Assembly (NCBI RefSeq): GCF_006345805.1
Contig: NC_043015.1
Location: 7,874,001-7,938,000 of the forward strand
Origin: Octopus sinensis
Taxonomy: Eukaryota
Direction: 5' to 3'
DNA: 64,000 nt
The notes beneath the pieces are model-generated. The model saw nothing but the letters and a program-made list of their open reading frames with translations, was not told where the DNA came from and searched no databases. Shown piece after piece: positions 27,024 through 39,920 of the stretch. Numbering within the stretch: position 1 is the stretch's first letter; each line of letters opens with the position of its first letter. A program made the position numbers and the translations under genes.

Positions 27024-27515
27024 AAAGCACTGAGCTGCGAGAATCTTTAGCAGGCCAATGAAAATGCTTGGGGACATTTTGTCCGTCTTTACGTTCCAAG
27101 TTCAAATTTCGCCATAGTCTACTTTGCCTTTCATCATTCGGAATCCATAAATTAAGTATCAGCTGTATGCCGGGGTCGATCTAATCGACCAAATCTTCAC
27201 CTGAAATTCCTGGCTTTGTGCCAAAACGTGAAAGCATTATTGTTTATTTTTAAAGCGGAGAGCAGGCAGAATCCATTGAAAACCATTATTATTATCATTA
27301 TTAAGGTAGCGATCTGGTCGAATACATAGTACTTAGGACGGAGAGCCTATCGTCATTTTCATGCGTCTTTACGTTCTGAGTTCAAGCTCCGGTGAGGTAT
27401 ATGTTGTCTCTCATCCATTCGGGGGTGGATAAAAGAAGTACCAGTTAAGAACTAGAGTGAATGTAATCGAATCTGTTCTAGCCTTTGTGCCTTTAATAGA
27501 TAAGATTATTATTAT
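27024..27515 (+). mobile_element. Tandem cluster of old SINEs (27024-27241, abortive head ~27252, 27303-27515)
   Basis: Each full copy has a degenerate TTTACGTTC...GTTCAA, GCCTTTCATC-like central motif and an (ATT)n tail. Confidence 0.7.
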
Positions 27516-29264
27516 TATTGATGAGGCTGATAGAGACACTGACGCCGACGACGAGGATGATGTTGATGATAATATTGAAGAAGGGAAGGTGGAGCTGAAG
27601 GAAGGTGATGCCGATTTTTTTTTTTTTTTTTTACAGGATAAAATAAGTGGGAATTTGGACGACTGAAGGCGGATCCCATTATACAGAGCACCATTATTTA
27701 CGCCTAGACATATATTTGAACGAAGTAGCAAAACATCTTGGCTAAATGGGGAAGAAAAAACGGACAAATAAAGTTATGAAATATCGATTGACTTACAATG
27801 GTATAATAAATATATAAGTAATATCAGAAAGTTTAAACACAGAGCGTATGCACGGAATAATGTTACGTACGCAAAATCTAATTCAAACAATATTAGGACG
27901 AACATGGAGTCCGACCAGCCTACGGATGAAAACCCACTGCACGATCCCTGGTAATATATTTACTCAAACTAAAATGGCTCTCTTGAATGAAAAATTCAAT
28001 ATAGCTCTGTTCAGGGAAGATAGTTTTGCATTTTCTATGCAATCAAATAATTACATGAACGAAGCTCTGTGAGACTTACGCAACAAAATCTTACCATTCA
28101 TCCTCGGAATGGTGTAATATAACAGATACTGATTAACACACGACCCTTTACGCTTGAGATTCTTTTGCTGTATATACAAACAACCAATGACAACCCTAAA
28201 CATGTTATTTTCTTTATTTGTGTGTTCGACAAGCTATAAAGCCTATGTAATCTAGGATTTATGGTTAAATGATAGTGCCAAGTGTTTTTGCCATTTCACT
28301 CATACTGAGCAGTAACATGTGTATCATTTGTGTTGCCAATCTTGCTGGCACTAAGCATTTGGTGCTATACTGTCTCGCATTTTATATCTTCAATCGAAAA
28401 TAATACCTCCATGTATATATTACAGCTAAAGTTGTCACAATTCTATTTCTAACGTAAAAATACCTTATTCATCTACAAATGTGCTTTCATTAGGAGGTTG
28501 TAAAATCTCCTTGTTGTTGCGAAGAAAAATTTTAATCTAAAACCCTCTTAAAACATAGCCTTCTGCGCAAAAAAAGTTGAAAAAGTTATGCTTTCGTGTC
28601 GATTCTAATACAAGTAACTGTCATTCAGGCATTGATTCAGCAAATTCAGTGTGGTACATTTTTATGTTTAAATGCTCTCTCACTTTCTCTCGTAAGAATA
28701 GCACAAACCCATCTGTACAAAAATGCAGGCAGACAGTAGCAAACTCGCAGCCTTGCTCAATACAAAAAAAAACATTGTTTGTCTGATATCGCATCACTTA
28801 ATTTCAAGTTACATTGTGCTACGAAGAGAGTTGTCTAAATTACTGTAAATCAATTAGAGCTAACAGAACATCATTACTTCGTTTTTATTTAGTTCAAAGT
28901 ATCAGCGTTTGTGTTACAATATATGTCTATTTTTAGATTCTTGTTTCTTTTCGTGTGATTTCTGTGAAAACATCAAGGCCGTATGACTAAGTCTATATGT
29001 CACCGATGTTATATTTCTAAATTCAACAAACAAAACTGTTTTCAAAAATCTGAATTGCCTGAATAAGCTAGAATAAAATATGAAAATCTGTTCACTTTTG
29101 AAGCCTCACACCCACAAAGACAAAATAGCTCATAAAAAATATTTCATTTTTCTGAGTAAAGAAAAAAGAAATCATTGAATTAATTCAATAGCAAAATATT
29201 CAGGAAAGAAGCTTTCATAATAAAATGTGTTTTGTTTATCGTAAATCAATGATGATGGTGATAA

Positions 29265-29296
<32 letters not shown>

Positions 29297-29460
29297 CTAA
29301 TACTACTAATAATAATAATAACAATAATAATAATAACTGACTTTGTAAATGAACAATCCGGTGTGTTTAGTTTAATGTTCTACCTATGTATACAGTGAGT
29401 TTCAGTGCCCTAGGTGTGAGGAAGACACTCAGCAAGAAATGTAACCAGAATTGAAAGAAG

Positions 29461-29508
<48 letters not shown>

Positions 29509-29520
29509 GTAGTAGTAGTA

Positions 29521-30746
29521 GAAATGAAAGGGCAACTGAGGATGGAATATTTCCGAAGACTGACGTTGGTGTTGCGCTCAAAATTGACTGGAGAGAATAA
29601 AAGGAAAAGAGTAAATACGCATCACTTTGGCATGGAGCGGGAATTATAATATGGCAAAAGTCAGAAGTGAAGAAGATAGAAATAAGACCAGTAAAATGTT
29701 GTCAATAGGCGGTGCCTTCCACTCTAAGAGTGACATCTATAGGACTGTATCGAAGCAAAGGAAAACGACTTAGTGTAGTATATAAAAGATGCTGAGGAGC
29801 CACTTATAAAACACACGAAGACGGCCAGCTTCATCAAAACTGAAAATCGTGTAACGAAAGGAAAATGTAAACAAAAAAAAATGAAAAAAAAAAGAATGAG
29901 CATGGAGGGGAAATGTACGGTCAGTTTTTAAGAGATGTAAACGCAAAGACAGATACAGTGGACTGGTGGCTATGGATTAGGAGGAGTGATTTGAAGAAAG
30001 AGACAGAAGCACTCATATGCGCAGCTCAGGAGCAAGCGTTAAGGACCAACTACACGAAGTGCAGAATTGACATTACTACTGATAGCGACAAACACAGAAT
30101 GTGTGGTGAGAGGGGTGAAACAGTATAGCACATCGCTATAGAATGCCTGAAATTGGCACAACCGCGATTACAAAAGACGTCATAACAATGTGGCAAGAAG
30201 GAACCCATTGAGAGCTCTATGGAAATCACGGCCTACAAAAAGCAAAGAGGTGGTATTATCGAACGCTAGAAGGAGTCATCGAAAATGAGAACTGCAAAAT
30301 CATGTGGGATGTAATAATCCAGTGCGATTACCCTACCAGACATCGGAAACCGGACATGTATATTTGTGAATAAAAAAGTAAGAAAATATATGCACATAGT
30401 ATTCTCTGGTGACAACAATAGGAATGGGAAAGTAAAAATAAAAACCAATAACGACTTGAAGTGGGAAATACGAAGGTCGTTGTCAATAAATAGAATAGGC
30501 ATGATGCCAATTGTAATTAGTGCACTTGGGAATATCAGTACGCAACTTCCAACATGGCTGAAAAATATTGATGCAACTGTGAAGGTAGAACGCCTACAAA
30601 ACTCAGCATTGCCTGGAACTGCAAGAATTCTTCGCAGGGTTTTCGAAGCATAACGAGTAAACAAGTGTCACCTTAGTCTGCTGTCTGTGGAGATTTGGCC
30701 TTTTCGAATCATACCCAGCAAAATATGCTATGAGTTTTCACATGAT

Positions 30747-30747
<1 letters not shown>
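29521..30747 (+). mobile_element. 5'-truncated R4/Dong-like non-LTR retrotransposon (end of RT region, CCHC finger, REL, 3' UTR)
   Basis: Disrupted frames: MYGQF...DLKKETEALICAAQEQALRTNY...RMCGERGETV*HI...C; CKIMWD...KPD; PIVISALG...GTARILRRV. (TAA)n lies on both sides. Confidence 0.9.
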
Positions 30748-30784
<37 letters not shown>

Positions 30785-32062
30785 TAATAATAATAATAAT
30801 GATAATAACAATAATAATAATGATAATAATAATAACAAGAAGAAGAAGAAGAAGAAGAAATGGAAAGAGGAAGGAAACACGAAATTATCTGTATATACAG
30901 ATAATGCATGTGTATAGAAATATCCATAATTTTGGGAAGAAAACGGAAGCTATTAATATTATATTATTTGCCTTTGGAATGAGTAGAATATGCAGACTAA
31001 TATATAAATAGTTGAGGTCCAAATATGCAGAATTTCTTGTAAATTGCACTGCAAATCGCTGCGTGTGTATTAAGAGGAGAATCCTTGGAGATACGTGCAT
31101 AACACACGAAAACCAACAAAGCATTACTGTAAACACATACTAGATACAGTACATCTAATTATGTAGAAGATCGAAAATAGAAAAGCAGAAAATGTCACAA
31201 AAGATACACCGGAGACTCTGATGTGAGCTAGGTTTTGCATCGAAGGCGTGTAATAAATAGGCCTCATGAATGATTATATTATAATAATTAAAATCACTCC
31301 AATAACCATGTTATTCATGATGTCCCAATTCTTGTTCCAAGAAAGGAATCTTTTGATGTATTTTTTACAAATCATGAATAATAAGATAATAACAATGAAC
31401 GGAGAGAAAAACCGAGATTGGGGGAGATGGAAGAAGTAGAGGTGTGGAAAATAGCGACCAAAATATCGATTCAGAATGCATGCAACTTCTCCAGATTTAG
31501 ATAATACTTAAAAAACATACACGTCATATATTTGCGCATCTTTCTATGTTTACAATAGAAAAATTGTGCTGGTACAACTATATAACTATGTCGTGGATGG
31601 CATGTGAACATTGTTGAAATAACTGGAAATAATAGAATAATGATATTCTCAGCTACAGGGATAGTTATGTATTACACTCCGACATATTGTGAACCAGATA
31701 TAGAGATGAAAGACAACATAACTAGTAGTTGTTTTTGTTTCGTTTCAATTGTTATATCATGCGTAATGAACAGATATATTGCAATCTTGGAAAGAAAAGT
31801 GACACTTTGATATCAATGTTTCAATATAAAGCACTATTGTTAACTTGTGTCTCTGTAGCCCCACAAACGATAGATTTGATTCAACCGTGGTATACTCTGT
31901 TCTTAAGCATCACCATAGATCCAAGAAGCAAAACTGCACCCGTTGCCTCATCGTCAATAAAGAATATCAATGAACAAGCGTAAGTTGTATAAAATACACA
32001 AGATTATCTTTTATCTCTTATGTGTTTCAGTCGTTAGAAGAATGAAGAAATTTTAGACGAAT

Positions 32063-32252
32063 GAATCGGCCCCAGTAATTAATCTTTTCTGTTTAGACTA
32101 GTGTTTATTCGAAAAGTTCCTTTTGTCCAACCGCTAAGTTTCAAGGAGATAAACACATCAACACGGGTTATCAAACTGCGGTAAGGAACAAACGCAGACA
32201 CATACATAATGATCTATCTATCTATCTACCTCCGTACGTACCTACCTATATA

Positions 32253-32309
<57 letters not shown>

Positions 32310-32460
32310 TAGATAATCATTATGTGTGTTACCAGATTGACTCCCAAGGAATTGGTTGGCCTTAGGCTATAGTAAAAGACACTTCCCAGGGTGTCAAACA
32401 GAGGAACTCAACCCAGAACTCTGTGGTTGGGAAATATGCTTCTTAACATCCAGCCACGCC
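32063..32460 (-). mobile_element. Old copy of the 53356 SINE family with an expanded internal microsatellite
   Basis: Head at 32335-32460 (GGCGTGGCTG...GGGAAGTGTCTT) and 3' domain at 32063-32200, separated by ~110 bp of (ATCT)n/(TA)n. Confidence 0.65.
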
Positions 32461-32904
32461 TTGGTCAATATATTCCATTATTGTCTACAGAAAGTAGAAT
32501 TTATTGTAGAAAACATTTCAAGATGCATGTAATCACATAACACTTTGAAATGTAGTTACGTAGCAATAAATAATTGGTAATTGTTTTTTGAAGCAACGCT
32601 TCAATTCTAAGTTTTTTTCTAAACTTTTTTCTTTGACATTTTTTCTTTTCTTTTTTGTAAATTTTACACTGGTTCACAGTTTTGTAATTGTGCAGTGTGT
32701 ATATATTGACAGGTTCTTACCTCCTTCATTTTTTTTCATGCACTTAATTGTGTTGTTACAATAAAAGGCATGTTTACATATTTGGGTAGTCAGGAAGAAA
32801 AGAAAGATAAAGATTTTTATTATTATTATCATTATTATCATTATTATCATTATTATTATTATTAGTAGTAGTAGTAGTAGTAGCAGCAGCAGCAGCCGCA
32901 ATAT

Positions 32905-33035
32905 TGAGAGAACAGCACATGACATGAATATGGTATTTGGGTACAAATATATAAAGCTCAATATACCCATCATGACTAACCGTCTGATAAGCATACACAA
33001 CCACAGCCATATCTGCGGGACATGGTAATGTCATA
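32905..33035. mobile_element. Terminal fragment of the ~550-bp family after (ATT)n(AGT)n(AGC)n
   Basis: GAGAGAACAGCACATG...CCCATCATGACTAACCGTCTGATAAG matches the 22221 start. Confidence 0.7.
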
Positions 33036-33314
33036 TCACAATAAATAACGTATGACCTAACATAACTAATTGATTGTCACCCACGACACAAATTGTGACA
33101 GAAATTAGAAATTAGGTGATTAAGACAAACTAAGACATATCTGTTATATATATTTTCTCACTTCTTGAAGGAAAGAAAGACTTGGCTACACTGGGAATTA
33201 AACTTACAACGGAAATAGGCAAAACTCAATACGTTTTTGCAATAAACGGATAGGCCACCCATCGACTATTCGTAATTTTTAATATAATTCGAAATACAAA
33301 AATTTGTTACAGGT

Positions 33315-33410
33315 GACTACTCGATAAATGGACGAGGTGCTTGGCTGGTAATTAAAATTTCTTGATTAATGAAGGATGAAAGGCAACGTCGTCGTCGCAG
33401 GGATCCATTT
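33315..33410 (-). mobile_element. Degenerate SINE central-domain fragment
   Basis: GAAGGATGAAAGGCAACGTCG is the reverse complement of the family's central motif. Confidence 0.5.
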
Positions 33411-34897
33411 TACTAACACATGTTCAATGATACTGCTTGGAAGAGAGAAAGAGGGTAGAGAAAGTGAGAGAGGAAGAGGAAGTGAAAGAAAGAGACTTAG
33501 ATGATGATGTCATCCACATATTATTTTCTGAATGAAATTGATTACTAATGAATAGTGGAAGAAAACTCAAATCGTTACATCTATTGTAATTACGATAATG
33601 AAACTGAGGATATAGCATCTAACCAGTAAAGTTAGAGCTGTTGCGTATTAAGTTAATCAACGCTAATAAACTAAAACTAAACTGGGTGCTTGAAATTTAT
33701 TTTTCTCATCAGAAAGACAAAACTCTCCTCGTGTTTCGGTCTTATTAAAGCACGTCAATGAATAAAGTGAAATTCTGTTGTTCATATTAATTAACTAGAA
33801 ATCAGTATGGCACTTTCATGAAGAGAAATCTTAAGTGGCATTATAACTTAACACGCTGGCTGGAGGTCGTCAACTGCACGAAGCCATGTGAATTTAGTTA
33901 TCTTAGACAGTAAGTAAAAAGCATTATTACCAAAAATTATTGTTTCACATAGCCTTCTTAAATTACTAACGGTATATATTTATAGTGAATAAAGGATGTT
34001 GAACACAAAGAAAGTTCTGATGAAGAGCATCTAATTCTTTGCAAATTAGTAGAGACGCAGGCAGCTGCCAGCCATGTCACAACATCTTTTACTAGTCATA
34101 TCATTGTATTATGCATACCACTATGGTGTTTACTTCTCAAATAGACCAATGTAATTTAATATAAATAAGTAGCTGAGACTGACTATTTCGTCATAATAAG
34201 CAGTGACAGAAATATTGATTTAAACATCAATACAATGTAACAGACGCATACACGTATATACATTCTCTCGTCCACTCATACACGTAGACGTATCTAATAT
34301 GTAATTCTCACACACTGGACATAAACAATGTTAGAATCTTTCTGTAGAACAGTATAGAAAATAAAATTACACCAAACCCAGTAACTTCTCTGTACCATAA
34401 ACGGCCTTATGTCAATGTAAAAGTCATTATTGTGATATGAATCTACACTAATATCTATAGACTGTATAATTTTCTTGAATGTCTACTCGTTATTGTCAAT
34501 GAAAAACAATAGCAGAGTATAAGAAGTTGTTCTATCTTAGCTTTACAAAATATCACAGACATCGTTAAAAGAGCCCATATTAATGATTCTCAAAGATTCG
34601 GTAACGATTATAACCGCAAGATAAGATAGTTTTTTCTGTCTTTAGTCTTTGTACATCACTACAACAGCATGGTTATACGCTATAGAAGAGTGCTATTTTC
34701 AGACTTTACTTAGTAGTACGTATAGCAACACTGATCAACATTGCGCCAGTCATTCTGATGTACTACCAGATGTACTACAAAATCTCACGTGGGCTGAAGG
34801 ACCTGCTGGCGTCATTCTCAAGGACAATACACTTTTCATCGACACCCGTGCATTCATATAAGTAAGTGTATATATGATTATATGTGTACGTGTGTAA

Positions 34898-35124
34898 GGC
34901 GGCGAGCTGGCAGAAACGTTAGCACGCCGGGCGAAATGCGTAGCCGTATTTCGTCTGCCGTTACGTTCTGAGTTCAACTTCCGTCGAGGTCGACTTTGCC
35001 TTTCATCCTATGAGTCAATAAATTAAGTACCAGTTACGCACTGGGGTCGGTGTAATCGACTTAATTCCTTTGTCTGTCCTTGTTTATCCCGTCTGTGTTT
35101 AGCCCCTCGTGGGTAATAAAGAAA
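34898..35124 (+). mobile_element. Full-length tRNA-derived SINE with a Meta/MESC-like central domain and 18-bp TSD
   Basis: Head GGCGGCGAGCTGGCAGAAACGTTAGC, B-box-like GAGTTCAACTTCC, central GACTTTGCCTTTCATCC...AAGTACC. The TSD is TTATATGTGTA(C/T)GTGTGT at 34878-34895 and 35126-35143. The domain name is from recall, not a search. Confidence 0.9.
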
Positions 35125-35174
35125 CTTATATGTGTATGTGTGTGTGTGCGCGCATGTGCGTATATGTGCTTGCA

Positions 35175-36338
35175 TTTATCTGATGAAAAGCTTTGGGATT
35201 GCTGCTATAAAAAGAAACCTACACAACATACCAATCCGGTATTTCATCTCATTGGAAACAACAACGTCTGAAGACACACACACATTATCCAGGGTCGTTT
35301 CTACTAATGGAAGCATTCTTGAAATTCCTGTTATGATAGCGAGCAGCTGCTTCGTCACATTTTCTTGGAATTTTCGTAGTCAAGAAATCTTGTTTCTTTT
35401 AAATGCGATTTGATTTTTGGAATCGCAAGGGAAGAGACCTGGAGAAAATGGTGGTTTGTTCACCTGAAGAATATTGTGCTTGGCCAAAAAGAGCTGCACA
35501 AGTTGCGCTGAATGGGCAAGTTCGTTGTTGTCATGCAGTTGCCACTTATTGATCGAATGCGATTCTCTTCTTTTCCATCGAACAGCATCCCACAAACGCG
35601 GTTGCACGTCAAGCTAATATTCCTTTACCTGAGCAGGTGGAGCATACTCATGATGAACAATGAAATCGTAGACGAAGAAAACTGCCAACAGATTCATCAC
35701 ATTAATTTGACTCATTAATGTTTTCTCCAGTGTCGGAGAGTTTGGGGTCTGGGACTGAGAAGATTAAGCCATGATGTCAGGCTCATAGCCATAAATCCAC
35801 ATCTCGTCACCTCTTATGGCTCTTCAAAACTTGTCAGTCACACGTCTCATGCACAAAACTTTCTTGAGAATGGATTAAATTGAACCGTAACTAATATGAG
35901 ATATTCCCAGCCAACTCAGGTACAGTGATGCAACGTTCTTTCCGAACAGCGGTACGAACATCGGCTATGTTCTTCATTCATTCTGCTTGTAGCGTGTCAC
36001 TCAGAACGAGCGTCAGGATAGACAACTTTTCGGCCATCATGGAAATGTTTGAACTACTCGTACACCCGTGTTCGACTCATTCATTCCTGTCTATATACTT
36101 TCTGCAACTTTGCGCAGGTTTCTGCGTGGGCATAACAAAGATTCACTGCTCAAATGTATTTCTCTGCCATGGTTACTAATGGAACCTCCACTACCAAGCT
36201 CCACACAATTTACTACCAAGCTCTTCTATAACAAACGTAAGTGATTGATAACGATATGATTCAATGTGCATGTGAAACAGAGTTCAAGGTCAATATGTTA
36301 CTATAGCATGATTTCCGTTATTTTTAATCGTTCCTCGT
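35175..36338 (-). mobile_element. Decayed Tc1/mariner (mariner-type) transposon
   Basis: Minus-strand frames give SRTRVYE*FKHF (HTH region), ...DEMWIYGYEP, WQLHDNNELAH (LHHDNA motif) and KPPFSPGLFPCD (YSPDLAPxD motif). The end near 36338 begins ACGAGG, like mariner TIRs. Confidence 0.85.
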
Positions 36339-36344
36339 CAGCTC

Positions 36345-36391
<47 letters not shown>

Positions 36392-37509
36392 AAATATTTC
36401 TTCAGGCTATCATCTGACATATAAAAGTCAAATACGCGACGGAAAATATTTTCTCTTATATAAACAAAAGCAGCAATACGAACACTAACGCAAAATTTAT
36501 CTCAGATCAACACACTCATGCAGTCTTGATTTGGTGCAAATAAGCAAGAAAATCTACATACTATCGTGAATACTACTTAATATCATTGTTCATAATATTT
36601 ACGTGGACGAATGTACATTTACATTATCTTACGATATATTTTCTTAATAGCGCTAGCGGATATTTCAATATAACATATATGATCCTGAGATAGGGCGAAA
36701 CAAGTATATATATTAGTCATTCATTTAATAATTCTACGTTCACAAACGTAGAAAAATCTATATTTGACTAAAAGTCATAGTGAATGATAACGGGTCAATC
36801 CATCAGAATAGCGATTAATATTCCTTACTTATTTGTAGTTTCCATCACTATATTATGGGTTTATTACATATTGAAGTTAACCACATTTCAAACTTACACT
36901 TGTCTACGTTTACCTTTTGCTCATTTTTATCTACCATTTAAGGAATCAACTAAATTAAATCAATACGCTGAATTTGATTAATCTCAATATATTCAAGAAA
37001 TCTTATTTTATAATAGATGTTAATATATTCATTAATCACAGCCAAGTTCAGACAGGATAAAAATACTTGTTCGTGTTAGGGCAAAAATGTGTGATACGAA
37101 ACCAGCCGAGCAATGAATGCATATATACTATTTAAACGTGTAGTCTATTCGGCAGATGTTATGATGAATGTAAAGCAGGACTCTTGTGTAATGAAAAAGG
37201 AATTAGTAAGCTTTCAGTCGATAGACAAATATTTTATGGATCCGTTCGTGTTTCGTCCTTACCATAAAAAAATACAATTATTGTAAATAGAAAGTAAAAA
37301 AACAACAACATGTTATATATTCAATCACTCAACACAATAGCCTGCCAACAGAACATATAGCCATCCATTTAAAATGGCCACCAAGAACACCAATATAACA
37401 ACTATCTGATATTGGATGAATGAAGTAAGTAGCACAGCAGATATTGACATTTCTAGATTCTATTGAGCAAACACGATAGAATGACGGAGAAAAATCAATA
37501 CCTCAACAT

Positions 37510-37521
37510 ACACAAATATAT

Positions 37522-37608
<87 letters not shown>

Positions 37609-37800
37609 ATGCATGAGTGTGCGTGTATGCATACATTTACATAACATAATTACACATACACAATCTACACACATACGCACATTCATATATATATATATAT
37701 ACACATATTTATATATATGCATACATATATATATACACACATATAAATGTATAATATATGTGTGTGTATGTATGCATGCTTATATATATATATACATACG
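37510..37800. repeat. (TA)n-dominated compound microsatellite
   Basis: Directly visible. Confidence 0.9.
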
Positions 37801-39289
37801 CAATTGCCGTATAGCGTATGAAGTTGTCAGGTTGCACAAGATACGATACACATGGCATCGATATTCAACTCTCTCTTCTCTTATTATAATTATATCCGGT
37901 GAGTTTTTTGAGCAAATTCAGCTATGTATGCCGAGGAATCTCTTTCATCTTTCGTTACATAAGTCATGCGCACAGATAAATAGTGCCGTATATCAGATAA
38001 ATTATTGCTTTATATGAGACGCCATTATAGTAATGCTATATCCTCATAGAAATTCGCTTTCCTTCTTGAACGTAGACATTTAAATATTTACTCAGTCTTG
38101 CAGGTTTTAATCACACATGTAATTGTCCCATCGGCAGGTTAGGTAACAGTTTTTATAACGATAGGACATGTATGTGGTTATGTGTCTAGCTACTGATTGG
38201 TGGACAGTAAATTATTTCGAGACACGTCTCTGTGACAGCATATTCCTCATAAATACACGCAGTATTTGATCAATATATATGGAACTGTTACTGTTTCCTT
38301 TTTTTATTGTAACTGCATTTACTGTATATATGTATATTACGGATGGAGTTATATATATATATATCCCTACCTAAAAAAAACAGAAAATCAGAAATAAAAT
38401 ATATCAGTAAAAATACGAAAGAAAATTGTGTTGTTCACACGTTTCATTCTACCACATACTATTTAAATGAATATAGCTAAATCTGTAACTTATAGAAACC
38501 GAATGAACCTCTAGTAATAGCAATTTTTGTCAAAATATATCCTGTATTTGGGCAACAAGAAACGAGGTAACGTGAAATGTCAAAATATATGGCCAATAAT
38601 TCGTAGATAATATTAACAATCTACTGCATAAGAACTGGGGCTATATACATGAATAGCAATCTATAATAATTTGCTTCAAAAGCTTCAAACCATTTTATTT
38701 ATTATGGAACATATGAAGAAAGTAAAGAAAAAATGTAACTCGATAACTAGGCGATACTCAGCATGCTAATATTATGCAACTCACTAAGATATATTTTATC
38801 GTCTTATTCACATGAAATAAACCATTTTTATGATACTGTGTGAACTGGTTTTAGCGATATACTTTTTTGTTTTGTTTCAAGTGTTACTGCTTAGGAGGAA
38901 ATATGTTCATCGTTGGGTGTGTTTTACTCTTTGCTAGAGGAATAATGTTATTCCTATCAGATTATTTATTGAGATTTCTTCACGAATGTAATGTGAAAAA
39001 AGAACTCCTTAAATCCTTCATAAAAGTGAATATGAGAGTATGAAAAAGTGTTGCCATTTTGCTCGTTAATCAATAATATGGTTCTGAACTTCAGTATCCC
39101 TTATAATAAATACAGATTTTATATATGCACAGATAACAACAACAACAACAAATAACAAAGAAAAAACAACAACAGTACCAGCAACATCATCATCAGCAAC
39201 AAGGAGAAGAATAATGATGCGGTAGCTGAATTCAAGAACATGGAATGTTCATGAAAAGACCGAATATTTTGGAAGTAAAGATAGTTTGT

Positions 39290-39660
39290 TCTGTCTGGTG
39301 TACGGAAACCTGAACAGTAAAACCTATTCGTTAGAACCGCACAGAAACGAACCATTGGAAAGAATTTCTTAAAGGCAATAATTGATAAAATCAATGAAGT
39401 TTGCAAACACAGAATATGTAGCAATAGAAACGATAGTATCAACCGTCTATTGAGTGAATGCAGTAAGCTAGCACAAGAATATAATAAGTTCAGGTCTCCC
39501 TGTGGAGATATTTCAGTACATTTTTAACACTGAGTGAATACAGTTAGGAGGTAAATTATGTGAACAGGAATCAGAAGCTGTAATTGAGTTTAATAATTAC
39601 AGGATTTTATAGGATCTAACCTTTAAAACTGAACATAAAATTTATGATTAGATACGATGT
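39290..39660 (+). mobile_element. Degenerate R4/Dong-like LINE fragment (CCHC finger to start of REL)
   Basis: KAIIDK...RICSNRNDSINRLLSECSKLAQ...EQESEAVIE...YRIL*DL parallels the 29521 element. Confidence 0.6.
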
Positions 39661-39727
39661 CACAAAAAAACATTTTAGAATCTAACATTTGGTGCGCACT
39701 AAAGGAACTGAAAGAAATAACAGTTAT

Positions 39728-39905
39728 AAGGACCGACCAAAATGCTTAGCGGTCATGTTTGCGTTCTGAATTCAAATACTGCCGAGGCCGACTTCGTCTT
39801 CGTTTTAGTAATTGATAAAATAAGTACCAGTTGAACACTGGGGTCGATGTAATCAACGTAGCCCGTCTCCCGTAATGGCTGGGCTTGTGCCAAAATGTAA
39901 AAACC
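39728..39905 (+). mobile_element. Degenerate SINE (34898-type central domain, alternative tail)
   Basis: AAATGCTTAGCGG...GCCGAGGCCGACTT...AATAAGTACCAGTTGAACACTGGGGTCGATGTAATC...CTTGTGCCAAAAT. Confidence 0.75.
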
Positions 39906-39920
39906 TGTATTTTTAACGAA

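Noticed and set aside
27457-27666. Acidic ORF (DADDEDDVDD...)
   Set aside because: It is a SINE tail followed by decayed GAT/GAC trinucleotide repeats.
34011-34056. CTGATGAAGAG...GCAAATTAGTA hammerhead-like string
   Set aside because: GAAA is interrupted and stem I does not pair, so it is too degenerate.
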